Assembly (NCBI GenBank): GCA_050184475.1
Contig: JBFXAH010000008.1
Location: 100,533-164,532, forward strand
DNA length: 64,000 nucleotides
Direction of reading: 5' to 3'
From: Pirellulales bacterium
GTDB lineage: Bacteria > Planctomycetota > Planctomycetia > Pirellulales > JAEUIK01
This document shows positions 29,368 through 39,401 of the stretch, piece after piece. The notes beneath the pieces were generated by a model. The model saw only the letters and a list, made by a program, of their open reading frames with translations. It had not been told where the DNA came from and made no database searches. How positions within the stretch are numbered: the stretch's first letter is position 1; each line of letters begins with the position of its first letter. The position numbers and the translations under genes are program-made.

Positions 29368-30624
29368 ATGATTTCCAGCGATCAGCAGCAGCCCCAGGTG
29401 ATCGTTATCGGCGGCGGGCCGGCCGGCGCCACCGCGTCGACCCTCATCGCCCAGCAAGGTCACCGCGTCACGCTCTTCGAGCGCGAGAAGTTCCCCCGGT
29501 TTCACATCGGCGAATCGCTGATCCCCGAAACCTATTGGGTGCTCCAGCGGCTCAAGATGCTCGACAAATTGCGCGCTAGCGCCTTCGTCAAAAAGTACAG
29601 CGTGCAGTTCGTCGGCTCGAGCGGGCGATTGTCCGAGCCGTTCTATTTCATGCAGCATCGCCCGCACGAATGTTCGCAGACGTGGCAGGTGCTGCGGAGC
29701 GAGTTCGACGAAATGATGCTGAATAACGCGCGCGAGCATGGCGTCGACGTCCACGAAGGAGTCCGCGTGCTCGACGTGCTGTTCGAGGGGCAGCGCGCCG
29801 TCGGCGTGCGCGTGCAGGACGAACACGACCAGGTCCGCGAAGTGCGGGCCGACGTGGTCGTCGATGCCAGCGGCCAAAGCCACTTGATCGCCAGCCGCTT
29901 CAATCTGCTGGTCAAGGACCCTGAGCTCAAGAAGGGCGCGCTGTGGACCTACTTTCAAGGTGCCTATCGCGACGCCGGCCAAGACGAAGGGGCCACGCTG
30001 GTGCTGCAGACCAAGAACCGCCAGGGCTGGTTCTGGTACATCCCGCTACACAACGACATCGTCAGCGTCGGCGTCGTGTCGTCTTTCGAATACCTGTTCG
30101 ACAAGCGCCGCGGCGATCACGCCACGATCTACGAGCAGGAGCTCGATAACTGCCCGGCCTGCAAAGACCGCGTCTCGATCGGTAGGCAAGCCTCGGGCTT
30201 TTACGCCACGAAGGACTACTCGTATCGCGCCAAGGATTGCGCTGGCGACGGTTGGGTGTTGATCGGCGACGCGTTCGGATTCTTGGATCCCCTTTATTCG
30301 TCGGGCGTGTTGTTGGCTTTGAAGTCGGGCCAACTGGCGGCCGACGCCATCAGCGAAGGGCTCGCCAAGGGAGACACGTCGAAGGCGCAGCTCGGCAAAT
30401 GGGGCCCCGAGTTCACGCGTGGCATGGACCGCATGCGGCGGCTGGTGTGCGAGTACTACGATGGCTTCAGCTTCGGTCGGTTCGTCAAGAAGCACCCGCA
30501 CCTCAAGGGGCATCTGACCGATCTGCTGATCGGCAACTTGTTCACCGACGAGGTCGACGACGTGGTCGAGCCGATGGACGAGATGCGCCGCGAGCTGGGC
30601 ATGACGCCGTCGGCCGCCGAGTGA
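29368..30624 (+). CDS. Flavin-dependent halogenase-like oxidoreductase
   Basis: GGGPAG, FPRFHIGES, FVKK, WFWYIP and GDAFGFLDPLYSSGV motifs. Confidence 0.85.
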   Translation: MISSDQQQPQVIVIGGGPAGATASTLIAQQGHRVTLFEREKFPRFHIGESLIPETYWVLQRLKMLDKLRASAFVKKYSVQFVGSSGRLSEPFYFMQHRPHECSQTWQVLRSEFDEMMLNNAREHGVDVHEGVRVLDVLFEGQRAVGVRVQDEHDQVREVRADVVVDASGQSHLIASRFNLLVKDPELKKGALWTYFQGAYRDAGQDEGATLVLQTKNRQGWFWYIPLHNDIVSVGVVSSFEYLFDKRRGDHATIYEQELDNCPACKDRVSIGRQASGFYATKDYSYRAKDCAGDGWVLIGDAFGFLDPLYSSGVLLALKSGQLAADAISEGLAKGDTSKAQLGKWGPEFTRGMDRMRRLVCEYYDGFSFGRFVKKHPHLKGHLTDLLIGNLFTDEVDDVVEPMDEMRRELGMTPSAAE

Positions 30625-30982
30625 CAACTGCATCCTGGACACACCGCTGGGGCCATGAAGCGACGCTTCGCAATCCGCTGCACGGGCTGTGCGGCTGAAC
30701 CCAGCGCAGGTTGACGCGTAATGCGAGGTGTGCCGGTTGTGCCGGGCAGCGCCCCGGCTGAAGCGTGTTTGCACCGGGCCAGTTTGCCGCACTTGGCACG
30801 TCGAATCACTGGCTGACGCGCGCGCCCGCGCACTGCGGTTGCCCGCCGCGCCGGATTAAGCCATATTTCTCGCAGTTAGAGCCCAATTGTCGCACTGCGC
30901 GCCGGCGGCCGCGCGCAGGGCACTATCCGGCGCGGCCGGCACTTTTTCCTCTCGAGATGTTGCATTGCCAAGGCGGCCAATC

Positions 30983-33514
30983 ATGGGCGAAGATCCCCGT
31001 CTTGGCGATCTCCTCTTGCGCTGGGAACGCAACCGCCGCAAAGGGGAGGAAGTCGCGCCCGAGGAGTTGTGCCGCGACTGCCCGGAACTGCTCGCTGCCT
31101 TTCGCGAACGCCTGGCCGCGCTCGACGAGGTTTCCACCCTGGGCGAAACCGTCGATCAAAGCGGCAGCTCGAGCGTCGGCGACGGGCCATCTCGTCGCGA
31201 AGGAGATCAGCCCCCGGGCAGCTTCGGTGGTCTCCCCGCGCTTCCCGGCTATGAGATTCTCGGCGAATTGGGGCGCGGCGGCATGGGGGTCGTCTACCGG
31301 GCCCGCCAGATCGGCTTGAATCGGCTGGTGGCGATCAAGATGGTCCTCTCGGGCGTGCACGCCACGCCAACCGCGCTGTCGCGCTTTCGCATCGAGGCCG
31401 AAGCGGTCGCGCAACTGCATCATCCGAACATCGTCCACATCTACGACATTGGCAATAAGGATGGCTGCCCGTACTTCACCCTGGAGTTTGTCGAAGGGGG
31501 GAGCATCGACCGGCTGCTCATCGACGGGCCGCTCGAAATCCGCGAAACAATGTTGCTGGCCGAAGGAATCGCGCGCGGGCTGCATCATGCTCACGAACGT
31601 GGCATCGTGCATCGCGATCTCAAGCCGGCCAACGTTTTGTTGTCGGGGCCCGACGCACCGCTCGAGGATGGCAGCGATCTGGGCATTCCCAAGCTCACCG
31701 ACTTCGGACTGGCCAAGCGACTCGAAGGAGACGCCCAGCTAACCCGCACCGGTTCGGTCATGGGTACTCCCTCGTACATGGCCCCCGAGCAGGCGGTCGG
31801 AGAGATCGAGAACATCGGGCCCGAGACCGACGTCTACGGGCTGGGAGTGATTATCTACGAGATGCTCACGGGCGAGCCGCCGTTCGTCGGCCGCAACGAC
31901 GTCGAGACGGTGCAGATGGTGGTATCGAACGAGCCCGATTCGATCCGCTACCATCGCCCCGATTGTCCGGCCGCGCTCGAGCAAATCGTGATGAAGTGCC
32001 TGGCCAAGGAGCCGGCCGACCGCTATCCGACGGCCAAGGGAGTCGCCGACGACTTGCACCGCGTGTCCAGCGGCCAGTCGCCGCTGTTCGGCGCCGTCAG
32101 CGGCGACAAGACGACCGCGCTGCGGCGCGGCCGCACCTGGGCAGGCTCGCGCGCCAAGACGGCGCCGGGGTCGCGACGGAGCGTGCGACCAGCGCGCTTG
32201 AATGCACCGCAATTAGCTCGCCGCCGCTCGCGACGCCTGCTGTTCGGTGCGATCGGACTGGGGCTCGTGCTTTGCCTGGCAGCCGCTGTCGGCGTGCAAC
32301 GCTGGCAGCCTGCTGCGCCGGTCGTCGCGGCCGACTTGCCGCCGATCAAGGTGGGCGTGCTGCACTCGCTGAGCGGCACGCTGTCGATAAGCTCGGCGCC
32401 GGTCGTCGACGCCACGCTCATGGCCATCGACGAGCTGAACAATTCAGGCGGGCTCCTGGGCCGACGCGTCGAGGCAGTCGTTCGCGACGGCAAGTCCGAC
32501 TGGGATGCTTTTGCCCGCGAAGCCGAACGCTTGATCACGGTCGACGATGTCGCGGTGATTTTCGGTTGCTGGGCCTCGGCCGCGCGCAAAAGCGTCAAGC
32601 CGGTCGTAGAAGCCAACAATCACCTGCTCGTCTATCCACTGCAATACGAGGGGCTCGAAGAGTCGCCGAACATTCTTTATGTAGGGGCAGCGCCCAATCA
32701 GCAGCTCATTCCCGCCGTCAAATGGGCGTACGCGTTCTTGGATAAGCGCCGCTACTTTCTGATCGGTTCCGATTACATCTTTCCCCGCGCCGCTCATGCG
32801 ATCATCAAAGACCAATTGCAGTCCATGGGCAAAGCCGAGCTGGTGGGCGAGGCCTACTTGCCGCTGGGCGCGACCGAAGTGGAAGCCGTGGTGCAACAGA
32901 TCGTCGCGGCCAAACCCGACATCATCCTCAACACGGTCAACGGCGATTCGAACGTGGCGCTGTTCCGAACTTTGCGGGCCGCCGGCGTCCGACCCGACCA
33001 GGTGCCGGTGATGTCGTTCAGCCTGACTTCCAACGAGCTGAACAGCCTGAATGCCGGGGACATGAGCGGCGACTACTCGGCCTGGAGCTACTTTCCGGCG
33101 ATCGATCGGCCGGCCAACAAGGCGTTTCTCGAGGCGCTCAACTACAACTTCAACGGGCAGCGCAAAGCCTCGGACCCGATGGTGGCGGCCTACGTCGGCG
33201 TGAAGCTGTGGGCTCAGGCCGTCGTCGAGGCTGGCACCGACGACGTCGTGGCCGTGCGCGAAGCGCTCAAAACCCAACGCATCGATGGCCCCGCCGGGCT
33301 CGAGTGGGTCGATCCCCAGACGATGCACGTCGCGCAGACCGCGCGGATTGGCCGTCTGCAGCCCGACGGCGAATTCGAAGTCATCTGGAGCTCGGTAACG
33401 CCGGTGTCGCCAATTCCATTTCCCGACACGCGCACCCGCGCCGAGTGGGATGCTCTGCTCGACTCGCTCTATCGCGGCTGGGGCGATCGCTGGGCGCCGG
33501 CAGAATCCAAATAG
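30983..33514 (+). CDS. Transmembrane Ser/Thr kinase fused to a UrtA/AmiC-like (urea/amide) solute-binding domain
   Basis: GRGGMG, HRDLKPAN, DFG and MAPEQ motifs; TM helix; IKVGVLHSLSGT, YPLQYEGLE, GAAPNQQ and GSDYIFPR motifs. Confidence 0.92.
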   Translation: MGEDPRLGDLLLRWERNRRKGEEVAPEELCRDCPELLAAFRERLAALDEVSTLGETVDQSGSSSVGDGPSRREGDQPPGSFGGLPALPGYEILGELGRGGMGVVYRARQIGLNRLVAIKMVLSGVHATPTALSRFRIEAEAVAQLHHPNIVHIYDIGNKDGCPYFTLEFVEGGSIDRLLIDGPLEIRETMLLAEGIARGLHHAHERGIVHRDLKPANVLLSGPDAPLEDGSDLGIPKLTDFGLAKRLEGDAQLTRTGSVMGTPSYMAPEQAVGEIENIGPETDVYGLGVIIYEMLTGEPPFVGRNDVETVQMVVSNEPDSIRYHRPDCPAALEQIVMKCLAKEPADRYPTAKGVADDLHRVSSGQSPLFGAVSGDKTTALRRGRTWAGSRAKTAPGSRRSVRPARLNAPQLARRRSRRLLFGAIGLGLVLCLAAAVGVQRWQPAAPVVAADLPPIKVGVLHSLSGTLSISSAPVVDATLMAIDELNNSGGLLGRRVEAVVRDGKSDWDAFAREAERLITVDDVAVIFGCWASAARKSVKPVVEANNHLLVYPLQYEGLEESPNILYVGAAPNQQLIPAVKWAYAFLDKRRYFLIGSDYIFPRAAHAIIKDQLQSMGKAELVGEAYLPLGATEVEAVVQQIVAAKPDIILNTVNGDSNVALFRTLRAAGVRPDQVPVMSFSLTSNELNSLNAGDMSGDYSAWSYFPAIDRPANKAFLEALNYNFNGQRKASDPMVAAYVGVKLWAQAVVEAGTDDVVAVREALKTQRIDGPAGLEWVDPQTMHVAQTARIGRLQPDGEFEVIWSSVTPVSPIPFPDTRTRAEWDALLDSLYRGWGDRWAPAESK

Positions 33515-33763
33515 CCGCAGCGCGGGCAGCCATCGATCTGGAAGCTTAGGTAGTCTGGTCGGCAACCGGCGGCCGGTTTACTGAACGGCCGGCCAAAACC
33601 CTCTTCGAACGCCCCGATTTTTCTTGACAACTCCCGTCGCCGTGGAGACAAGATACGGTCGTCGGGCGGTCCATCACTCCGCCCGCGCGGACAGATAAGC
33701 GGCACGGATTGATGCCACAGCGGATGCGCTTCCGCTTGGTCCCTGTTCTCGAGGGAGCCGCTA

Positions 33764-34279
33764 ATGAAATCGTTCCGCCTGCTCTCGTTGACCATTCTCT
33801 TGCCGGTCTGCGCTCTGTGGACCGCCATGCCCGCCTCGGGCGCGATCATCTACCTAGAGGCCTACCTTGACGGCCTGCAGGAAGTTCCGCCGAACGCCTC
33901 ACCTGGCACCGGCTACGGCACGATGAACTACGACACGGTCAGCAAACTATTGAGCTGGTCAATCGACTATTCGGGACTGCTCACCGGCTCGATCGATGCT
34001 CACTTTCACAAAGGCGCAGTTGGCGTTGGCGGTGGGGTTGAAGTTCCCATCCCCGGAAGCGTCGGAGCTACCTCGGGCACGTACGTGGGGTCCAAAGTCC
34101 TGTCCGCATCCCAGGAAACCGATCTTCTCGCGCACCTGTGGTATGTGAATATCCACACCCCCACGTTTCCTGGCGGTGAGATTCGCGGGCAAGTTATCCC
34201 CGAGCCGAGCACGCTGACAATGCTGTGCCTGGGTGGCCTGGGGCTTGGTTGGTGCGCCTGGCGCCGCCGCCGGCGCTAG
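33764..34279 (+). CDS. CHRD-domain protein with PEP-CTERM sorting signal
   Basis: Signal peptide; QEVPP, AHFH and YVNIHT...GEIRGQ motifs; IPEPST-TM-RRRRR tail. Confidence 0.92.
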   Translation: MKSFRLLSLTILLPVCALWTAMPASGAIIYLEAYLDGLQEVPPNASPGTGYGTMNYDTVSKLLSWSIDYSGLLTGSIDAHFHKGAVGVGGGVEVPIPGSVGATSGTYVGSKVLSASQETDLLAHLWYVNIHTPTFPGGEIRGQVIPEPSTLTMLCLGGLGLGWCAWRRRRR

Positions 34280-34346
34280 GTCTCGTTCGGCCGAATAGTC
34301 GGCAGTTTGCCGACAGCGGCACCCGGCAATCGAAACGTCGATAAGG

Positions 34347-34383
34347 GCCGCCGGATCGCTGAGCGATCTTGGCGGCTTTTTTT
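34347..34383 (+). terminator. Intrinsic terminator
   Basis: GCCGCCGGATCGC/GCGATCTTGGCGGC stem followed by T7. Confidence 0.75.
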
Positions 34384-34542
34384 CGGCATTCGTGGTGCAA
34401 GCTGCTGTTTGACCATCGCGATGATTCCGCGAAGCACTCGCAGCGCGGCGCGCGACAAGTTATCTTGCAAATTCGGCCGCGATTCCGGGCCGCCCACGCT
34501 GCAAATCCGCCCCGTGATTTCCCGAATCCGCCAGAGAGTGTC

Positions 34543-37044
34543 ATGTTCCGCCGCGTCGTGCGCATTACCGTCGGTGTCGTCGTGGGCCTGGCCCTGCTCG
34601 TGGGAGGAGCTGGGTTCTGGGGTTACCGGCAGCTCACAGGGAGCTTGCCCCAGCTCGATGGCCAACTCGCGCTCGCCGGGTTGCGAGCGCCGGTCCGCAT
34701 CGAACGCGATCACCTCGGCGTGCCGACCATCACCGCGCGCAACCGCGTCGACCTGGCCTTCGCCACGGGGTTCTGTCATGGGCAGGAACGGTTCTTTCAA
34801 TTGGATCTCTTGCGCCGCACCGCCGCCGGCGAACTGGCCGAATTGGTCGGCGGCGCCGTGGCCGACGTCGATCGCCAGCACCGCATCCATCGCTTTCGCT
34901 GGCGCGCGCAGCAAGTCGCCGAGGCCCCGCACACCCGCGCCGATCGCGAGTTGCTCGAAGCCTACGCCCAGGGCGTCAACGCCGGCCTGCAATCGCTCCG
35001 CACTGTCCCCTTCGAATACTACGTGCTCCGCGCCGATCCCGAGCCTTGGCGGGTCGAAGACAGCGTGCTCGCGCTGTACGCGATGTATCTCGACTTGCAA
35101 GGGCGCGACCACATAGACGAACAACTGCTCGGGCTATTGCACGACCGGCTGCCGGCCCCGCTTTACGAGTTCTTGACTCCGATGGGCACCGAGTGGGACG
35201 CGCCGCTTGAAGGGGCCGCTCTGGAAGTCGCGGCCATCCCCACGGCCGACGTGCTCGACCTGCGCCCGCAAGCGAACGAGACGGTGCCGGCCGACGATCC
35301 CGCCGCGCCCGCGGCCGAGCCCGCCGACGAACCGGCCGCGGCTGCCACCTCGAGCGCATCGTGGGCGGATCGATTCGCGGCGGCGCTGCTCCACGTCGAT
35401 GCCGACGAAGAATGTCGGCCCGGCAGCAACAACTGGGCCGTGGCCGGCACCCACACCAAGCATGGCGGCGCCATCGTCGCCAACGATATGCATTTGGGGA
35501 TTCGCGTGCCCCACATCTGGTATCGCGCGCGGTTCGCCTGGACCGACGATGCCGGCACGCAGCGGCAAATCACGGGAGTCACCCTCCCCGGCACGCCCGC
35601 CATGGTCGTCGGCAGCAATGGGCAGATCGCCTGGGGCTTTACCAATAGCGAGGGGGATTGGTCCGACCTGGTCGTGGTCGAAGTCTCCGAGGACAACCCC
35701 GACGAGTACCTCACGCCCGACGGTCCGCGTCGCTTCGAGCGCGTGATCGAACAGATCAAGATCAAAGGCGCCGCCGAGCAACCGCTGGAGATCGTGTCGA
35801 CCATCTGGGGCCCGATCGTAGGGCACGACGCGCAGAAGCGCCCGCTGGCCCAGCGCTGGGTGGCGCACGACGTCGAAGGAGTCAATCTCGGACTGCTGCG
35901 CATGGAAAATGTCGAGAGTCTCGACGCGGCGCTGGCGCTGGCAACCCTTTGCGGCTCGCCCCATCAGAACTTCGTCGTCGGCGACCGCAGTGGGCGGATC
36001 GGCTGGACGATTATCGGGCGGATGCCGCGCCGCGTGGGGTTCGATGGTCGGCTCCCCACGTCGTGGGCCGACGGCAGCAGATACTGGGACGGTTGGCTGC
36101 CGGCCGAAGAGTATCCTCGCTTCGTCGATCCTCCCGACGGGCGCATCTGGACCGCCAACGCGCGGGTCGTCGCCGGCGAGAACCTGGCCCGCCTGGGAGA
36201 CGGCGGCTACGACCTGGGGGCTCGCGCCCAACAAATCCGTGACGACCTGGCGGCGATCGACAAGGCTGACGAAGCGGACATGCTCAAGGTGCAGCTCGAC
36301 GATCGCGCGGTGTTTCTCGAGCGCTGGCAGAAGCTGCTGCTGGAAACGATCACCGGCGATGCAATCGCCGAGCGGCCGGCCCGCCGCGAGTTTCGCGAGC
36401 TGGTCGAGAAATGGGGAGGTCGCGCGTCGACTGACTCGGTCGGCTACCTCTTGGTGCGCGACTGGCGGCGCGACGTGCTGCGCCGCGCAATTGATCCGCT
36501 CGTCGCCCAGGCGAAAGAACCCGACAAGCCCGACCAGGACTTGAACATGCGGCGCCTGGAGCGCGTCGAGGGGCCGCTGTGGCGATTGGTGACCAACCGC
36601 CCCCCGCATCTGCTCGATCCCAAGTACGATAGTTGGCAGGCACTGTTGCTCACCGCCGTCGATACCGTGCTTTATGAGCAGACCGTTGGCGGCGAGCCGC
36701 TCTCGGCCCAGACCTGGGGAAAGCGCAACACCACGCGGATTCAGCATCCGCTTAGCCTGGGCGTGCCGCGGCTGGGGCACTGGCTCGACATGCCGAGCGA
36801 GCAACTGCCTGGGGACGGCGCCGACATGCCACGCATCCAAACGCCTACCTCGGGCGCGTCGGAACGGATGGCGGTCTCGCCGGGGCACGAGGACAAAGCT
36901 TATTTGCACATGCCGTGCGGCCAGAGCGGGCATCCGCTTTCGCCCCATTACGACGACGCGCAGCGCGCCTGGTGCGAAGGCACGCCGACGCCGTTTTTGC
37001 CGGGGCCCACGCTGCATACGTTGGAACTCGTACCGGCAGGTTGA
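34543..37044 (+). CDS. Penicillin acylase family (S45 Ntn-hydrolase)
   Basis: N-terminal anchor; GVPTI, GSNNWAV nucleophile, ANDMHL, WTAN and GQSGHP motifs. Confidence 0.93.
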   Translation: MFRRVVRITVGVVVGLALLVGGAGFWGYRQLTGSLPQLDGQLALAGLRAPVRIERDHLGVPTITARNRVDLAFATGFCHGQERFFQLDLLRRTAAGELAELVGGAVADVDRQHRIHRFRWRAQQVAEAPHTRADRELLEAYAQGVNAGLQSLRTVPFEYYVLRADPEPWRVEDSVLALYAMYLDLQGRDHIDEQLLGLLHDRLPAPLYEFLTPMGTEWDAPLEGAALEVAAIPTADVLDLRPQANETVPADDPAAPAAEPADEPAAAATSSASWADRFAAALLHVDADEECRPGSNNWAVAGTHTKHGGAIVANDMHLGIRVPHIWYRARFAWTDDAGTQRQITGVTLPGTPAMVVGSNGQIAWGFTNSEGDWSDLVVVEVSEDNPDEYLTPDGPRRFERVIEQIKIKGAAEQPLEIVSTIWGPIVGHDAQKRPLAQRWVAHDVEGVNLGLLRMENVESLDAALALATLCGSPHQNFVVGDRSGRIGWTIIGRMPRRVGFDGRLPTSWADGSRYWDGWLPAEEYPRFVDPPDGRIWTANARVVAGENLARLGDGGYDLGARAQQIRDDLAAIDKADEADMLKVQLDDRAVFLERWQKLLLETITGDAIAERPARREFRELVEKWGGRASTDSVGYLLVRDWRRDVLRRAIDPLVAQAKEPDKPDQDLNMRRLERVEGPLWRLVTNRPPHLLDPKYDSWQALLLTAVDTVLYEQTVGGEPLSAQTWGKRNTTRIQHPLSLGVPRLGHWLDMPSEQLPGDGADMPRIQTPTSGASERMAVSPGHEDKAYLHMPCGQSGHPLSPHYDDAQRAWCEGTPTPFLPGPTLHTLELVPAG

Positions 37045-37049
37045 TTGAC

Positions 37050-38174
37050 ATGAGTCGAACGCTAAATCCTGATCCGCGCCGGCCGCGTTGGCCCTGGGTG
37101 GTCGTCGTTGCCTTCGTGGTTTTCTCGGCCGGAGCATTGGCCTGGGATTGGAATGCCCGCAAGGCCGTGGAACCGCCGGCTGACGCCCCGCCCCAAATGG
37201 TGTGGATTCCGCCAGGCGAGTTCACGATGGGGAGCGACGATCCCGAAGCGCGCGATGGCGAAGGTCCTCCGCACCAGGTGCGCGTCGATGGCTTCTGGAT
37301 CGACGAAACCGAAGTCACCAATGCCCAGTTCGCCGAATTCGTGAAAGCCACGAACTACGTGACGACCGCCGAGCGCAAGCCCGACTGGGAGGAGCTCAAA
37401 AAGCAGGTTCCCCCCGGCACGCCCAAGCCCGCCGACGAGTTGCTCGTGGCCTCGTCGCTGGTGTTTCGCCCGCCGCCGGGTCCGGTGCCGTTGGACGACG
37501 TCGCGCAATGGTGGGAGTGGACCGCCGGGGCCGACTGGCGCCATCCCGAGGGGCCCAAAAGTTCCCTCGACGGGCGCGAGAATCATCCGGTCGTGCATGT
37601 CTCGTGGGACGACGCCATGGCCTACGCCAAGTGGGCCGGCAAGCGGTTGCCCACCGAAGCCGAGTGGGAGCGCGCCGCCCGCGGCGGGCTCGAGGGTAAG
37701 CCGTACGTCTGGGGAGACGACCCGGTCTCCGACATGCGACCGCAGGCCAACATCTGGCAAGGCAACTTCCCCAACGAAAACACCGAGCGCGACGGCTTCT
37801 TCCGCACGGCTCCGGTCAAGTCGTATCCCGCGAACGGTTTCGGCCTGTACGACATGCCGGGCAATGTCTGGGAGTGGTGCAGCGATTGGTACCGGCCCGA
37901 CACCTACGATCGTCAGTTAGCCGAGACCGGCGGGGGCGTCGTCGACAACCCCACGGGGCCCGATTCGAGCTACGATCCGCGCGAGCCGTATGCCCCCAAG
38001 CGCGTGCATCGCGGCGGTTCGTATTTGTGCAATGCGTCGTACTGCAGCAGCTATCGCCCCGGCGCGCGGCGCGGCACGACCCCCGACTCGAGCATGGGGC
38101 ATCTGGGCTTCCGCTGCGTGACGACTCCCGAGCTGTGGAAAGCGCACCAAGCGGGGCAGCCGGGCGGCAAGTAG
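37050..38174 (+). CDS. Formylglycine-generating enzyme (SUMF1 family)
   Basis: EVTNAQF, RLPTEAEWE, GNVWEW and RGGSYLCNASYC..YR (catalytic Cys pair) motifs. Confidence 0.9.
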   Translation: MSRTLNPDPRRPRWPWVVVVAFVVFSAGALAWDWNARKAVEPPADAPPQMVWIPPGEFTMGSDDPEARDGEGPPHQVRVDGFWIDETEVTNAQFAEFVKATNYVTTAERKPDWEELKKQVPPGTPKPADELLVASSLVFRPPPGPVPLDDVAQWWEWTAGADWRHPEGPKSSLDGRENHPVVHVSWDDAMAYAKWAGKRLPTEAEWERAARGGLEGKPYVWGDDPVSDMRPQANIWQGNFPNENTERDGFFRTAPVKSYPANGFGLYDMPGNVWEWCSDWYRPDTYDRQLAETGGGVVDNPTGPDSSYDPREPYAPKRVHRGGSYLCNASYCSSYRPGARRGTTPDSSMGHLGFRCVTTPELWKAHQAGQPGGK

Positions 38175-38183
38175 CGACGCGGT

Positions 38184-39356
38184 TCAGATTCCCGCCCCGG
38201 CCGTGAATTCGAGCTCCACGTCCAACGGGCGGCGGCTGTTCTCTTCGGCGAACCACGCCATGTCGTACATCAGCGTCTGTTCGTCGGCACTGGTCGCCAG
38301 CACGCGCTGCGTGGCCGCCACGCGCACCGCGCACGGCCGGCTGTGGTGGATCAGGTAGCCGCCGTTGAGCGCGTCGTGCTCCAGCGGCTGCACCGCTCCG
38401 CGGGCCGAAATCGCGCGGGCCAGTATCGTGTGCGGCCCTGACTCGCCGGTTTCCCACAGGTACTCCCACAACGTCCACGAGTAGCGCGCCGTGGGGCCGA
38501 CCAACTCGGCCGACGTCCAGGAGTTGCCGCCATCGGTGCTGATCTCGACGCGCGCCACGGCATCGTCGCCAGCCCAGGCCACGCCAAACACGCGGTTGGT
38601 CCCCACGCCCAGCACGTCGCCAGGTCGGGGGCGAATGATCTCCGATTTGACCGCCATCGGGCCGACGATCTGGCGCTCGAGCCCCGCGCCGGTCTGCCGC
38701 TCGATCGTGTATTTCTTCGTTTGAAAGTACCCGCCGAAGGGGCGATCGATGGCCGCGATGCGCGACAGCCATTTCACGCTGGCCACGCCATACCACCCGG
38801 GAACCAACAGCCGGGCCGGCGCGCCGTGGTTCGGTTCGAGCAACTCGCCGTTCATACGCGTGGCGACCAGCGTGTCGCGGTCGAGCGCCTTGGCCAGCGG
38901 CAAGCTGCGCGCAAAGGGCATCTCTTCCGGATGATCGGCTTCGCTGCCGCGATCGGCCCCCTCGCAGACGATCTCGCTGGCCGTCGCCGACAGACCGGCT
39001 TCTTCCAGAATCAATCGCAGCGGCACCCCCGTCCATTCGGCATGCCCCACGGCCCCGGCGCCCCACTGCACGCCATGCGCGTGCGGGCTGAGAAACGAGC
39101 GCCCGTTGCCGGCGCATTCCATCGTGGCGAAGACGGTCCGCTCGGGCATGGCGGCCAGTTGGTCCCAATTGATTTCCAACGGCCGGCTGACCTGCCCGGC
39201 GATCGACAGCCGCCAGGCGTCGCGGTCGATCGTCGGCACGCCGAAGTGATTGCGGACGAAGAACAGCCGATTCGAGGTCACCCAACTGCGCAGCGACTCG
39301 AGCGGCATCTCGCTGTTTTCGGGCTCGGCCGTGACAACGTGTCGCTGTTCGTTCAT
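38184..39356 (-). CDS. Sulfite oxidase family molybdoenzyme
   Basis: FFVRNH, ECAGNGR, HGAPARLLVPGWYG..SVKWL motifs and dimerisation domain; no signal peptide. Confidence 0.92.
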   Translation of the reverse strand: MNEQRHVVTAEPENSEMPLESLRSWVTSNRLFFVRNHFGVPTIDRDAWRLSIAGQVSRPLEINWDQLAAMPERTVFATMECAGNGRSFLSPHAHGVQWGAGAVGHAEWTGVPLRLILEEAGLSATASEIVCEGADRGSEADHPEEMPFARSLPLAKALDRDTLVATRMNGELLEPNHGAPARLLVPGWYGVASVKWLSRIAAIDRPFGGYFQTKKYTIERQTGAGLERQIVGPMAVKSEIIRPRPGDVLGVGTNRVFGVAWAGDDAVARVEISTDGGNSWTSAELVGPTARYSWTLWEYLWETGESGPHTILARAISARGAVQPLEHDALNGGYLIHHSRPCAVRVAATQRVLATSADEQTLMYDMAWFAEENSRRPLDVELEFTAGAGI

Positions 39357-39401
39357 CGCGAAGACCTCGCCGAGGATCAGAACTGGAACCGAAGCCTGTG
39401 C

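Noticed and set aside
34543-38174. Pyoverdine-type PvdQ/PvdO pair (acylase plus FGE-fold protein)
   Set aside because: The FGE has the canonical catalytic Cys motif of sulfatase maturases and no NRPS or siderophore genes are present.
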